Assembly: GCA_030167865.1 (NCBI GenBank)
Contig: JALAGF010005391.1
Coordinates: forward strand, 1 to 37,544
Origin: Craspedostauros australis
Lineage: Eukaryota
Length of the DNA stretch: 37,544 nucleotides
Direction: 5' to 3'
The notes beneath the pieces were generated by a model, which was not told the origin of the DNA, did not search any database, and saw only the letters and a program-made list of their open reading frames with translations. Each line of letters begins with the position of its first letter. Position 1 is the first letter of the stretch. The position numbers and the translations under genes are program-made. Of this stretch, positions 11,838-23,819 are shown in pieces.

Positions 11838-12692
11838 GATGTGCGCAATAGTACCAATGACGCTGCTGCTGACTGTTGTTGTTGCTTCGTTGATAGTGTG
11901 CAGTTGCGTACTTTGCGGCTATTGTGTTTCACTGTGCAAACTGTATGGCGGAACACTCTTATCCTTCGAACAAAGTCTCTGGTGGTGGCGGCAACAGCAT
12001 TAGCGAATGTCGGATGTGGATGTGGATGTGAATGCGGTGACAATGCAGGAGTGAGGGTGGGTGTGAGCTTGAGAGCGACCGCGAGGGTGGGTGTTCAGGT
12101 GGCGATTGTTGGCATTGCTTCATGGATGTTCTTGGCAGTGTTGTTGTCGTGTTCTTGTTCTTGTTGCCGCTACTGTTGCTATTTGGCGCGATCCGAGCTG
12201 ATTTGAACCTGGCCTCCGTTTCGTGGGAATCAAACAATGACAAGAGTCCACACAACACAAATCACACAAACCACGACCCAGTATCATTCGAGTGTTTCTG
12301 TCCGACAGGGAGGTGTGTGGTGACATACACAGACGATATTGAAGATGCAACGGACAGACGAAAGAGAGCTGCGAAGAAGTCAATCGCTCTTTCATGAAGC
12401 ACAACAGCATAACATGAATAAATAGAACTTATTTGGAAACAATATGGTTTATACCTCACCTTCCACACGATTGAAATCCCAAACCCGCTTCACACTCTCG
12501 TGGTCTTGTTGGTGGGTGCTGTCAAACGTGCGACACTTGAACCACTACTCTCTTGACTACCATCTTGCCCATGCTCGTGCTCCTCCTTGCGCATACGTGC
12601 ATTATACAACCTATTCTATTATACAACACAACCTAAGACGAGACCACAATATCTGAAGAGACGAAGACCAGCACCAAAGACTGGGATTCACC

Positions 12693-13490
12693 ATGGAGAA
12701 TCCCCAGCAACCAGATCAACGCCAAGGTGTGAACGGCGGAAGAGGGCGCGGACGAGGCCGTGGGCGCAAGGGCAATCGCAAGGGTGGCCGTCCAAAATCG
12801 TTGTCGCACAGCTTGAGCTGGGCATTGCGGCATGCCGCCGTGGAACTGAAGTTGACAATGACACCGGATGGGTACGTCCCGGTGGATGAGATCATCCATC
12901 ACACGCATCCCAAGTTCCGTGACGCGACATTGGAGAAGATCCGTGAGGTGGTGGACACCAATGATAAGAAGCGTTTCAAGTTGGAGGAGCGGCCAGCGAA
13001 GTTGTACAAGACGAAGGATCAAGACGGTGCGGACACAAACACCGATACGAGCACGAGTGGCGATGACGAATTGATCCTTTGCATCCGAGCAAATCAGGGT
13101 CACACAGTATCCATCATCGATCCCAACCTGTTGCTCACGAAGATGACGGCGGACGAGCTGCGATCCACGTCGACCATCGTTCATGGCACCTACCGGCAGC
13201 CGTACGATTCCGCAATCCAGAAGCATGGCCTGTCGCGGATGAAGCGCAATCACATTCACTTCGCCTCAGGCCTGCCAGACGAAGGGAGCGTGATCTCGGG
13301 CATGCGTAAGTCTTGCCAGATTTATGTTTACATTGATGGAGCCAAGTGTGCTGACGATGGGATTGAATTCTACAAGAGCGACAACGGTGTGATTCTGACA
13401 GCGGGCGTCAACAACGAGGGCATGTTGCCGACACCGTACTTTTCGCATGTGACGGATAAGACAGGCACCATCCTGTTAGACAATCGTTAA
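12693..13490 (+). CDS. TPT1: tRNA 2'-phosphotransferase (Tpt1/KptA, RNA:NAD 2'-phosphotransferase)
   Basis: LSWALRH, DGYVPV, NDKKRF, IRANQGHT, VHGT, GLSRMKRNHIHF, ISGMR and FYKSDNGVILT. Confidence 0.95.
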   Translation: MENPQQPDQRQGVNGGRGRGRGRGRKGNRKGGRPKSLSHSLSWALRHAAVELKLTMTPDGYVPVDEIIHHTHPKFRDATLEKIREVVDTNDKKRFKLEERPAKLYKTKDQDGADTNTDTSTSGDDELILCIRANQGHTVSIIDPNLLLTKMTADELRSTSTIVHGTYRQPYDSAIQKHGLSRMKRNHIHFASGLPDEGSVISGMRKSCQIYVYIDGAKCADDGIEFYKSDNGVILTAGVNNEGMLPTPYFSHVTDKTGTILLDNR

Positions 13491-13662
13491 TGATACCTCT
13501 ACGCAGGCAGTGTTGATGGAGTCTGTGTGATAGCCGTCAGAAAGTTCCCCCCGCTTGCATCGCTTCTGTAGCTTCATGCTTGCCGCAATTGGAAGGCCAT
13601 CGCTGGCACTTGAGGCATGCTGCACGCAACCTTTCTCCCACCCATGATGCTTCACAAGCCAT

Positions 13663-14274
13663 TTAATCACTGTCCTCATCCGATGATGATGACGAATCTT
13701 CGATTGCCATCTTGGATATGCGGTTGGTGTTGACGAATAGATCATCATCGTTGATGTCATCGTAGGCGGTGCTGTACACGATGCCATCCTCATCTTCCTG
13801 CACAGCATCTGCTTCATCGCCTTCCCGTTTTCGATTCGGATCATCATCCTGTGCTGATTTCGTCGTGCTGGCATTGAATTCTTCATCGTGTTCGGGCCAT
13901 AGTCCTTTCGATTTGAGATGCTTGACCTGATCCTTGTACAAGATGTGCGATATGATGTACCGAATCCCTGATGTTCCATTCGCCGCTTTTTGCGTCTCCC
14001 CCTCTTCCGCCGTCATGCCGCCTTGCACGATGATGTAATCATTCCGTTTGACCCACACCAATTTATGGAACTTGGTCGGCAAGATGGCCAACTGGGGTTT
14101 ACGCGGTTGCGTCGTCGTGTCGCTGTGCGTTGCCAGGATGATATCGAATTGATTGCCACCGCGCGTCGCGACGACCTTGCCGATCCGTTCGTCCGCCTCG
14201 GGTTCTGGCAGATCGTTGAGGACGGAGTCGGTCAGGTGCTTGCGATAGTGCGTGCGGCGTCCAAGTCCTGCCAT
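13663..14274 (-). CDS. EIF1AD: eIF1A-domain (S1-like OB fold) protein EIF1AD
   Basis: GRRTHYRKHLT, IGKVVATRGGNQF, LAILPTKFHKLVWVKRNDYIIV, ISHILYKDQVKHLKSKGLWP and an acidic tail with DDLFVNTNR. Confidence 0.9.
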   Translation of the reverse strand: MAGLGRRTHYRKHLTDSVLNDLPEPEADERIGKVVATRGGNQFDIILATHSDTTTQPRKPQLAILPTKFHKLVWVKRNDYIIVQGGMTAEEGETQKAANGTSGIRYIISHILYKDQVKHLKSKGLWPEHDEEFNASTTKSAQDDDPNRKREGDEADAVQEDEDGIVYSTAYDDINDDDLFVNTNRISKMAIEDSSSSSDEDSD

Positions 14275-14780
14275 TATTCAATTGCCTTGCTTGTCTGTTC
14301 CGTTATGGTTGTTTGCGCTGTGTTGTGCTGCACTGCGAGGATGATGCGGTCGGTTCCTCTTGTCGAAGTCTTTGTGATCGTGTTGTTCTGTCTCTTGCTT
14401 CGTTTTGTGGCTTGTTTGTGTGTGTTTGTCGGAGATGTTTGGAACACCCATTGATGAGTGGCTGTGCGGAGGCCTCACTGGCCCAACACCATTCTCAACC
14501 TCACGCCGCAGCGAACACATCACTCTGCGCAACCTCAGTAACTCACAACATCCCAGCGACGCTATCATGGTGCACAAAAATACTCTAGAGGTGTGTGTAT
14601 CCTTGTAGTGTAAAAATAGGCTCAAGGACTCTCTGGAGACAGAGAGGGTAGCAAGTTTATATCGATGTACATATCGAGTGTGTATTTTTCGTGTGCCTTG
14701 CGCTGTTCCAAGGATGACAATTAATTGACGACGTACTGGCGACGACGACAGAGCGAGAGCAACGTAGACGTACACTTGAC

Positions 14781-17150
14781 CTACAAGTCGTCTTCATCAT
14801 CGTATCCATCCTCGTCGTATTCGTATTCGTACTCATCGTATTCATCCCCTTCCTGATCATCTTCGTCTTCATCTTCCATGTCATCATCGTCGTTGATGGA
14901 TGTTCTGGTTTGCCTCTTGTTGCTAGCGCCGTCTTCATCGGCTTCGTCACCATCGTTGTCACCCTCGTCAGATGCTTCGGCTGCAGCCGCTTTGTCCTTC
15001 GGTGCTGCAATTTCCTCATCCGACTTGCTCGCGTCATCCTTTGCAGCTGCCTGCGATGGCGCGGTGTCCAGGTTCATTCCCTTTTGCAGCAAGGCCGGCG
15101 ACACAGTGACGCTCATGCGGGATGGAAGGTAGAGACCGAACTTGTCCAATTTGGGAGAGGTCTTCTTGACCATGGCCCGGGTTTGTGGCACGAGCTCTTC
15201 GCTGTACAGTTCGCACCACTTCTTCAGGAGGGCAGGATCGGCACCCAGAAGATCGTCGTCGTTCAGGGCGCGGTTCAATGCCGTGGCCGTGGCACCGCAG
15301 AGGTTGATGAGATCGGCGGCGACACGTTCGGCAGCGATGGCAGTGTTCTCGCATCCCTCCCCCTTCTTGAGCTGGCACTTCACGCCGTTTTGGAGGAGCA
15401 TGCGCGCGGCTTCGAAGTTCTCGAGCTTGAGGCAAGTGGAGGTGATGGGCTTCGCGGCAGCAGCAGATCCCTTCTTCTTTCGGCGATCCGTGGCCGGGGC
15501 TGGCATGGTGCCGATCTCATCGAAGGTGCCGGCGAAGCACTGCGCACGCAGCAGGACGTAGTGAGCGTAACGCGACATGAATGCCTTGTACGGCTTGTTC
15601 TGCGGGGTGTCGTCACCGGCCAAGAGCTGCTTCGTGTTGAAGTACTTCTGTTTTCGTTTGGGGTCGACAGTTCGTCGCAGCTCGCGCAGGTGTGCCTTTG
15701 TTGGGGGAGGGGATGGTGGCATGGAGCAGTGCGAATGATGTGAACGACACAAGCATGCGTGGCAGTTGGTTGGAGTAGCACATATACACAATGCAATGCA
15801 ATGAACGGCAAGGCAAAGCAAGATAGAGTATCGTGTTTGTTAGAATTGAATGTCACAATGGTTGGAAGAGCGAGAGGGCATCAACAAAGCAGTCTCTCTC
15901 TCTCTCCCTCGCTGTCTGTCAGCAACCACCGCATTGGTCCAGCAAACCCAATGTTGATGCATCCGGAACAAACATCAGATTCAATCCCCACATGATCAAT
16001 GTTGGAATGCACACTCAGCCAGCACGAATCCTTCAATCCAAGGACACGTACGCGTGCAAGCACGCACACCCACACATACGCACGAATAGACACATACCTT
16101 CAAGGCTGGCCCATGTCCAGGTGCTCCATCGGCCGAAAATCTGTGCAGGATGTAAAGCGCCTTGATGTTGGTGCGCCAATCCTTCTCCGCCATCTTGCTC
16201 CAAAGCTTTCGCAGGACGCTGTCGTAGATATCGAACCTGGGGCTGATCTGGTAGGTGACGCTGATCAACCGCTCCGCGTGCTTGCCCTTGACAGCGGCAT
16301 CGTCCGGTCGCGTCGCCTTGAGCATGACCTGCTCCAATTCGGACGAGGTGAGGCCCTTGACTTCGCGGTAGAGGTTGGTGGAGAGGTTGGATGTACTCTC
16401 GCGCGCAGCAGAGATGGATTTGGCAGCCGCCTCGCGCACGGCCGCCGTGTCTGGCATGGAATTGCGGATGACATCCAATCCACGCGCGAACGTCGATGGT
16501 TGCTGCTGCTTGCGTGTGTAGGGGACGACGCGACCGCCCTTGGTTGGTCGGCGTCCTCCGCGTGATGATGGCGGTGGTCCCTGTCGTCGTCCGCCCGCCG
16601 ATCTTCCACCTGCAGAACGCGATGGACGACGGTCGTAGTCATCCTCATCGTCGGCGTATCGGGAAGGTCGGGCTCTGCTACTTGCGCCGCTGGATGGACG
16701 TCCGCGTCCACCAGAGGAAGGCCGCCCTCCCGGTGGTCGCCTGGAGCCGGATGGCCTGCCCGATGGGCGCTTGCGTGGCATCATCTCCTCCTCTTCCTCG
16801 TCCTCTTCGTTGTCGAAGTCATCCTCGTCGTCCACATCGAAGTCGTCGGCTCCGAAGTCCTCCTCCTCTTCTTCGTCGCCGTCAAGCTCGTCCTCGGGAA
16901 AGCCAAACTCCTCGTCATCGTAATCGTCTTCGTCGTCCTCCTCCTCTTCGTACTGCGGACGGCTGCGCGAGGAAGCAGCACGAGACGAGGGACGTCCGCC
17001 ACGTGATGGGCGGCTTGGCGGTCCTCGTCGACCCGGAGATGGTCGGCCGCTCGATTTGCGGGCCTCCACCAGCACATTCCCGTGCTTGCTGTCGGTCACC
17101 AGACTGGCCACGGCGATCAGCAGCAGGATCGTCGTTGACGTGAACTTCAT
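14781..17150 (-). CDS. ANTH/ENTH-like domain protein with an N-terminal signal peptide and R/G/S-rich and acidic low-complexity regions; exons 17150-16098 and 15695-14781
   Basis: ELEQVMLKATRPDDAAVKGKHAERL and EKDWRTNIKALYILHR match the ANTH/ENTH N-terminal helices (KAT....K.KH; W....KAL..LH). A phase-0 intron 16097-15696 (GTATGT...AAAG) joins PALK to AHLRELRR in frame. The start is MKFTSTTILLLIAVASLV at 17150. Confidence 0.78.
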
Positions 17151-17704
17151 GATTGCCTTTCCCTTCGTTTCCGATCGCGTTGGACTGCTTTGGCTCGCTT
17201 CACTTCTCAGAATCAGTGCGTGGAATGAGATGTGACGATGAAAGTATCCGCCAAGATGATGTTGCTGGTGGTGTGGTTGTGGTGACAGGCACCTGCGGAC
17301 GAGATACCATGGAGGTCTTTTGTGTGATGGCCACCGCGGAAGAACTCCCGCACGTTGGTGGGAATCTGCAACAACATCGTGATGTTTGGCGACATTCCAC
17401 GCGTCACGTCTGTGAATTGAATCCATCTGAAGTCCATTGAGTCGGATGTCGTGAATCGATCGACCAAACCAACAGTCTCCACAACCAACAAAAAAAGGAA
17501 CCGACCATGGCGAAAATTGGTTTTGTTCCGTCGTTTGGGTTCTCGCGCGCCAATCGAGATCGGGTGGAGTGAAGTGTTGTGGGCTGAAGAGGAAAGAACA
17601 AAAGAGAAGAGCAGCGAGAGTGTCTGCATCATCTGTCAGGAAGAGCATCCATAGCTCGCACAGACGCGGAAACAAGCAAGAATAACAGCAACGACAGAGC
17701 GACC

Positions 17705-18564
17705 ATGAGTTTGAATGGACCCAAGAGGCGGATGCCCAACATCCTCATCACCGGCACTCCTGGTGTTGGCAAAACATCGACGGCCAAGTTGTTGGCGGTG
17801 AGTGATATTGTGCAACAAACTTGGAGAGCATGGCATCGAACCGCAGTGCGATAGAGATGCAACACGAGTGAGAGTCCAAAGTCGCCCTCCTGCTCCCCAC
17901 TCAAAGAAGATGCCGCGGTTTCGACCACCCCTTCATCGGCGCTCACAAATCGTTGCATTCTCTTCTGCTTCATTCTACCAATACTGCACGTACTCTATGC
18001 GTGAATACGTGCATACGTGCATACCACACGGTATCATGCCGTGCCCTGCTCATAACACAGGAACGCACGGGATTTCATCATGTCAACGTTGGCGAACTGA
18101 TCAAACAGAATAACTTTTACGAAGGTCACGACGAGACGCTGGACACAAACATACTGGACGAGGACAAGCTGTTGGACGCACTCGAGGTCATCTTCGACCA
18201 GGTCGCCGCCTCTGGAAAGGGCCTCGTGGCGGATTTTCATTCGGCAGAACTGTTCCCCGAACGTTGGTTCGACCTGGTCTTGGTGCTGCGGACCAAGACG
18301 GAATTGCTGTTTGATCGATTGACGGCTCGGGGGTATTCGGAAAAGAAGCGATCGGAGAACATGGAGGCCGAGATCATGCAGATCATCCTGGAGGAGGCCC
18401 GCGAATCGTACGCCGTGGAGATTGTGCATGAGGTGCCATCGAATACGCCGGAAGATGCGGAAGGCAATGTGCTGCGCGTGCAGCAATGGATTGCGCAGTG
18501 GGTGCAGGATCATCCGACGGCGGCTGTGGGGCAACAGCAGCAAGAGCAACAACAACAAACATGA
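17705..18564 (+). CDS. AK6: Adenylate kinase 6 / Fap7 / hCINAP; exons 17705-17797 and 18061-18564
   Basis: Exon 1, missed by the ORF track, encodes MSLNGPKRRMPNILITGTPGVGKTSTAKLLA (P-loop). The intron is GTGAGT...ACACAG, phase 0. Exon 2 has ILDEDKLLD, LVADFH, FPERWFDLVLVLRT, RLTARGYSEKK and ENMEAEIMQ. Confidence 0.95.
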
Positions 18565-18954
18565 GCGGAGCTTTGTGCATTCACAACGCATGAGCATGAG
18601 AGACGCACAGCAAGCTACGAGTACTACAGTATGGTGGAAAGTCACAGTGATATAATAGACACGTATGATAACGATTCAAGAGGCTTTCACAGGTTGTGCG
18701 AGTGTGGAGTTCTCTGCTCTACTCAACTTGAATGTGCATGTGATATCACACGTCAAATCTCCGATCCTTATTACGCTTGCAGTTCTGTTGCAATTGATTT
18801 TGATTGGCACTACTCTAGATCGTCACATCATTCAGTGATCCTGCTTGAAGACACGGAATGCAGGGCATTCGCATTCGCATACACATGGCATCATGGAAGA
18901 ATGGTTACCATGCGAGCATGGCAAGCAACTGCATCCGCTTCTTCACCTGGATCA

Positions 18955-21900
18955 TCACTTCAAATCCTCCAATCTCGGAAATCGCTTTCGCGTAGCTGTG
19001 ATGAACTCGGTCTTTGCTGCATCGGCACCAAGTCTGCCCAATGCCTTCACCGCCAGTTTGCAGTTCTCCGTTGTCATATTCTTGGCGTCAGATGTTGCGC
19101 TGGTGATCATTGTAGCTGCGCTGGCCGCATCCTTGGCTCCGGTCTTCACCATAGCCTCCGCGACGGCGACGCGCATTGGCAGACTGGTTGATGCATTCTT
19201 TTCGATGACTGCGACGGCATCCGACACGTAATCCTTCACAGACTTGCCACCCAGCAGCTCCTTGCAGCACTCATCGATGACAGACATGACTCGGGGCTCC
19301 GCATCCTTCAGCGCTGGCAGCTTCAACGTGAAGTCCACGACACGTTCCAGCAACTCGTGGCTTTCACTGTCGATCTTCTTGATCTTGTACAAGGCTTGCA
19401 ATGCCAAAAGAGGCTTCGTCCGGCGGATGGAGACATCGTATTGCAAGCACCACGTGTTGATGCGCGTCGGACAGTACTTGGACAGTATGGAGGAGTACTT
19501 CTTGGCCTCCTCCAGCACATCCTTCTTCAGCAGCTCGGCACCATCCGGGTCTTCGTCGATGGGTGATTTCTTTGCTTTTTGCTGGTTGTTGCTGTTGTTC
19601 TTCTTACCGTCGCCATTCTTCGTGGCCTCAGCCTCCTTCGCCTTGCGCTCCGCTTCCTTCTTCTCGGCCTGAAGCCGCTTCTTGCGTGCGATGTTCTTGG
19701 CTCGCTTGCGTTCTGCCGCTGTCATCTTGGAGTAGTCTGGCTCCTTGTCCTTTTCCAGAATCTCCGGGTGGTTGCTGAGGTGGAGGTATATCTGGATGAT
19801 GCCCTCGGCGGCACGGAAGTAGTAATCCTCACTCCATAGTGTGTCCTCGAATCGAAGCACCTCCGTGTAGGCTCGCAATGTGACCTTCCGAACGCAGTAG
19901 GCATGGAAGTCGAACTGATCCTCGTGGAAGTCATCGAAATGCTTCGCGACGGCGCCTGTTTGGTTGTGGAAATCAATGAAAGAGGAGATGTGAGTGATGC
20001 ATTCAGGATGGAGTAGAACTAACTGACGTTGATGTTAGCATTGATATGCGCACAATCTGCGGCGTCATGGGCAATGGAATGCGGCACAAACAACAAAGAG
20101 AAGGATCGCGCAATGCATACAGACAGCAGTATACTGCATGCTTGACAACAGATGATGCCAACAGTGCGCCCCGAAACAAGCAAGGTTCAAGCAATTGCGA
20201 CGCCCAGTTCTTGTGAAACGTTTGCGCGTTGCTTCCTCCGTCCTTTCTTTGTTCTGTCGAAAATCAGCAGAGCTCAGATCAGATCAGCACAGCACCAATA
20301 CAGAACAGAGGAATGTGCGCAGCGCTCGAGGGCGCCAATACTCACTGTACTTGCGAAGAGCTTTGCCCCAGTTCTCCTTGCGCGCGTAGCAAGCCGCGAG
20401 TTCCAGTTCATACCAAGAACACTGCATGTCGTAGAGGTTGGCCTCCGGATTGCCATCGTGCTTGGTGAACATGGAAATTCTTTGCAGCGCATCCGTCTCC
20501 ATGCCGGCTTGGAGCATGTACTTCGTGGTTTGGTTGTTGATGTATCGATCTTGCTGATCGAGGTCTCTGCCCTTATCCAAGGCGTCAACCGCGCTCTTGA
20601 TGTCGCCAGCAGATTTGAGCAAGCGCGCCTTGAGCTCGTACACATCCACGGCAGACGGTGTGTGCTCCAAGCACTTGTCCAGCAATGTAATTCCTTCGTC
20701 AAACTCGCCAGCCAGCTCATGCAATCCAGCTCGGAGGTACCACGTCCACAGGAAGGTTTCTGTCGATTCTTCATGTTCGTCCGTGGCAAGCAGCTTTTTG
20801 TATTCATCGAGACAGGAGGTGTAGCCGTTCACCAGTTCGACCATGAGCTGGTAGTTCTTGTGCGACTTGATGTCAACCGGATCGGATGCGATTTGATACC
20901 GACCGTTTTTCTCGATAAGCAGGAAGGTGCTGAGCTCCGTGCAGAGGGACGGGACTCCCTTGGTGATGTTCTTCCGACAAAACACATCGAGGGAGCTGCG
21001 GAGGTTGTCCCCTGTGACCAAGCTCATCGGTATTCTGTTGACTGCCGCAGATTTCTGGTAGTTGGGATAGATTTCATTCTTGTACCCATCCAGCAAGGTC
21101 TGTCGCTGTTCATCGGAGAGAGGCAGCATGGTGGGGACAGTCCGCGTGCCCGGCAGCTTGTAGATCTCCTCGATGATCGGCGCCTCCAGCTTGAGCATTG
21201 CGCACATGTACATGTTGTGGACTTTGTAGTTTTCCGTGAGTCCATTCTCCAACATCTGCAACGCGGTCGCCTTCGCCTCATCGTACATTGCGAGCCCCAG
21301 CTGGTACTTGCACTTGGCGATGTGCCAGGAGGTTTGGTCGACGACCTTGTCCTTGCATTCCTCCAGATGATCCAACGCCTCCTTGAGGTTGCCCGGGATT
21401 TCCGAGAGGATTTTGTTCTTGTAGAGCGCCAGCTCGCTGGATTCGAAGCCGCGTTCCAGCTCTGGCGATCCTTCCGTCAAGGTTCCGAGGTAAATGTCGA
21501 TGACGTTGACGGCGCCGCGGTGATCACCATTGAGGTGCTTTGCCAGTGCGAATGCCAGCCAGTGAATCTTTCCGTTTGGTTTGAGGTTGAGGATGGTGTG
21601 ACGCGTGACGGCGAATCCGCTGAGGTCTCGCATCTGAACCTGGAGCATGCTGAGATCGCGGAGGATCTGCAGGTTGTCACCGTCAATGCGCAATGCCTGT
21701 TTGTAGGCCTTGATCGCCTCATTGTAGTTGCGATCGGAGCGGTAGAGCAGTCCGTACACATGCCAGCACACGTGCGATCTGTGCGTACGAGTATGCGTGT
21801 GCGCGGTGCCGGTTTGTGAGAATTGGTTGCGGCCAACATGGGTCATTCAATGAGGTACGCAATGGGACATGCGATGAGAAAGGGGAGAAGCAAGCAAGCA

Positions 21901-22384
21901 TGAACGGTGAGCAACGAGTGATAGTGGCTGCGACAACGCCGTGCGAACCTGGACACGCACATGCACGAGCTCCAACGCTGGCAACAGGATTGGCACGGAC
22001 GTCCGGACGAAGAAGCACTCGAAACAGACTCCAACTCGAATTCAGAGGAGCGACGATAAATCAATGAAGGTGAGCAGATAGGTGGATGGATGGACATGCC
22101 GAGAACGACGCAAAGACGTACTTCATGTCGTTCATGAGGCCCTGCTTGACGAGGGCATGCGCCTCCTCCTTCTTGTTGACGTAGTTCATGACCAGCCCCT
22201 TCATCGCCAGAGTCTCTCCATGGTTGGGGAACTTCTTGAGGATGGTGTCGGCCTGCCTGGTGGCCTTCTTGTACTGCTTGCTCTCGTAGTTCTTCACCAC
22301 GCCGCGGAACAGGTCGGCCTCCTTCTTGGGCAGCGGTCGGCCCTGCCCGGCCTGCGGGTTGCTGTTGTCGTTGCTCGGTGCCAT
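18955..22384 (-). CDS. NAA15: N-alpha-acetyltransferase auxiliary subunit NAA15/NAT1 (TPR, NatA); exons 22384-22122, 21778-20346 and 19955-18955
   Basis: LPKKEADLF, YESKQYKK, HGETLAMKGL, SHVCWHVYGLLYRSDRNY.EAIKAY, NLQILRDL, DRYIN, NLYDMQCSWYELE, KHFDDFHEDQFDFH and DEDPDG. Introns 22121-21779 (phase 2) and 20345-19956 (phase 1) are GT-AG and restore the frame. Confidence 0.95.
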
Positions 22385-23045
22385 CCTGTTGGTCAATGTG
22401 TCTGACTGCCGATCAATGCGGGCAGAGTGCGCAGTACTCTGGACTGTTGCGTACGGAATGCAATGCAACAAGACAGGTAAGCTGGCGTCCCTGCTCTCCT
22501 TCCTTGGTGTGTCGAGGAAGCAAAGCGGCTCACACTAGTAGGATCTCAAGGCGGCTTGCAGAGGGTGGTGTGAATGCGGGTACCGATACTCGTGCTCTGG
22601 GTGGATGACATGCGGAGCCGACTGACCGAACGACGGCTACGGCAAATGCTGTCGGTGGCAACAAGCGAACAAACGACGGAAGCAAAGCCAAATCTTCGTC
22701 TCCCTTCCATGTCGTGTTCGTGCGGTCCACCACAGCGCTCAGCACACAGAGTGGCGAACACCAAAACGGCTGCGGTTGTGTGGTCGTCTGTCGTTCCCTG
22801 TCCACGAATTTGTTGGAGCGCACCTTTTTGATTGGTTCGACTGACACGTCAAATCGAAGGCAATTTGATTCGCGTGATCGCGGGTCGTGACTTTGGCGTG
22901 GTTGCGTACCACCGTGAAGTCTGTCCATGCACCAGTCATGGTGCGAAGGCCCATTCAGTCACGTATGGACGAGTCATGTTTCACTGGCGCCAATTTGCTT
23001 CGACAAACAAACCACATCCAAACAACACCCACCACAAGCGACGAA

Positions 23046-23085
23046 CACATCACATCACATCACGTCACATCACGTCACATCACAT
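23046..23085 (+). repeat. (CACRT)8 pentanucleotide microsatellite in the NAA15/LYR divergent intergenic region
   Basis: cacat cacat cacat cacgt cacat cacgt cacat cacat. Confidence 0.9.
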
Positions 23086-23271
23086 TGCACGATCTTCCCA
23101 CCTTCCCACCTTCCTGCCTGCCTCTGCACTCATGTACACCCAAGAATCGCAAGCAAGACATAGCGATCTAGAGAGTAGATTGGTCTAATTACGCATGCCG
23201 GAGAGAGCAAGGTGCCACACTTCACTGAACATTGCGCCATATCATCACACGGGAACAAGTACGACCAAAGA

Positions 23272-23819
23272 ATGCCAGCCACAGCAGCCACGCGGGCCAA
23301 GGCTCTGTCGCTGTATCGCAAGCTGTTGCGAGGTGCCATGAAGATGCCAACGCCGAATCGGCAGAACTTTGTGATTCGCAAGACGAGGGTGGAATACAAG
23401 GTGCGTGCTCGCACAATGCATGCGACGTGCTGCTGCGATGTATTATAGAATATTATTTTACATTGCGGCATCATGGGTGGTTGCGGTACGATATCGAACT
23501 TGCATCACAGTGCTGAACCATATGTTTGCACTGTCATACTCTATGCCATTCAATGGACTCCAACTCACATCAACTCACAACTGAACATACGTGCTGCTCT
23601 ACGAATATTCTATTGTATTATATGTCGACTCCACCACATGCTCGCCGTGTCCCGTCGCTATTTTTCATCTTGGTACAGGCCAGCATGCATCTGACGGATG
23701 ATAAAGCGATCGATCTTTGCATACGTCACGCCGACACCAGCTTGGACACGGTGCTAGTTCAGGCGGAGCATTTGAGCAAGCTCATGAAGGATCCAAACTA
23801 TCAGGTCGACATTTACTGA
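23272..23819 (+). CDS. Small LYR-motif (Complex1_LYR) mitochondrial protein, 89 aa; exons 23272-23400 and 23679-23819
   Basis: ALSLYRKLLRGAMKMPTPNRQNFVIRKTRVEYK, then a phase-0 intron (GTGCGT...GTACAG), then ASMHLTDDKAIDLCIRHADTSLDTV. The subfamily is not identifiable by eye. Confidence 0.85.

Noticed and set aside
17151..17675. N-terminal extensions given by the ORF track for the ANTH-like protein (also DPH5 27793-28179 and RsmE 9862-10062)
   Set aside because: They read as UTR or promoter sequence. Homology or a coherent leader starts at the downstream ATGs.
19956..20345. Intronic snoRNAs in NAA15 or other ribosome-related genes
   Set aside because: No paired C/D boxes with a terminal stem were evident by eye in this intron. 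A covariance-model scan would be needed to exclude them here and in the other introns.
20152..21819. 555-aa plus-strand ORF, and similar long ORFs at 10548-11525, 8632-9375, 14910-15743 and 28255-28929
   Set aside because: These are antisense shadows of real genes with strong GC3 bias and show no recognisable motifs.
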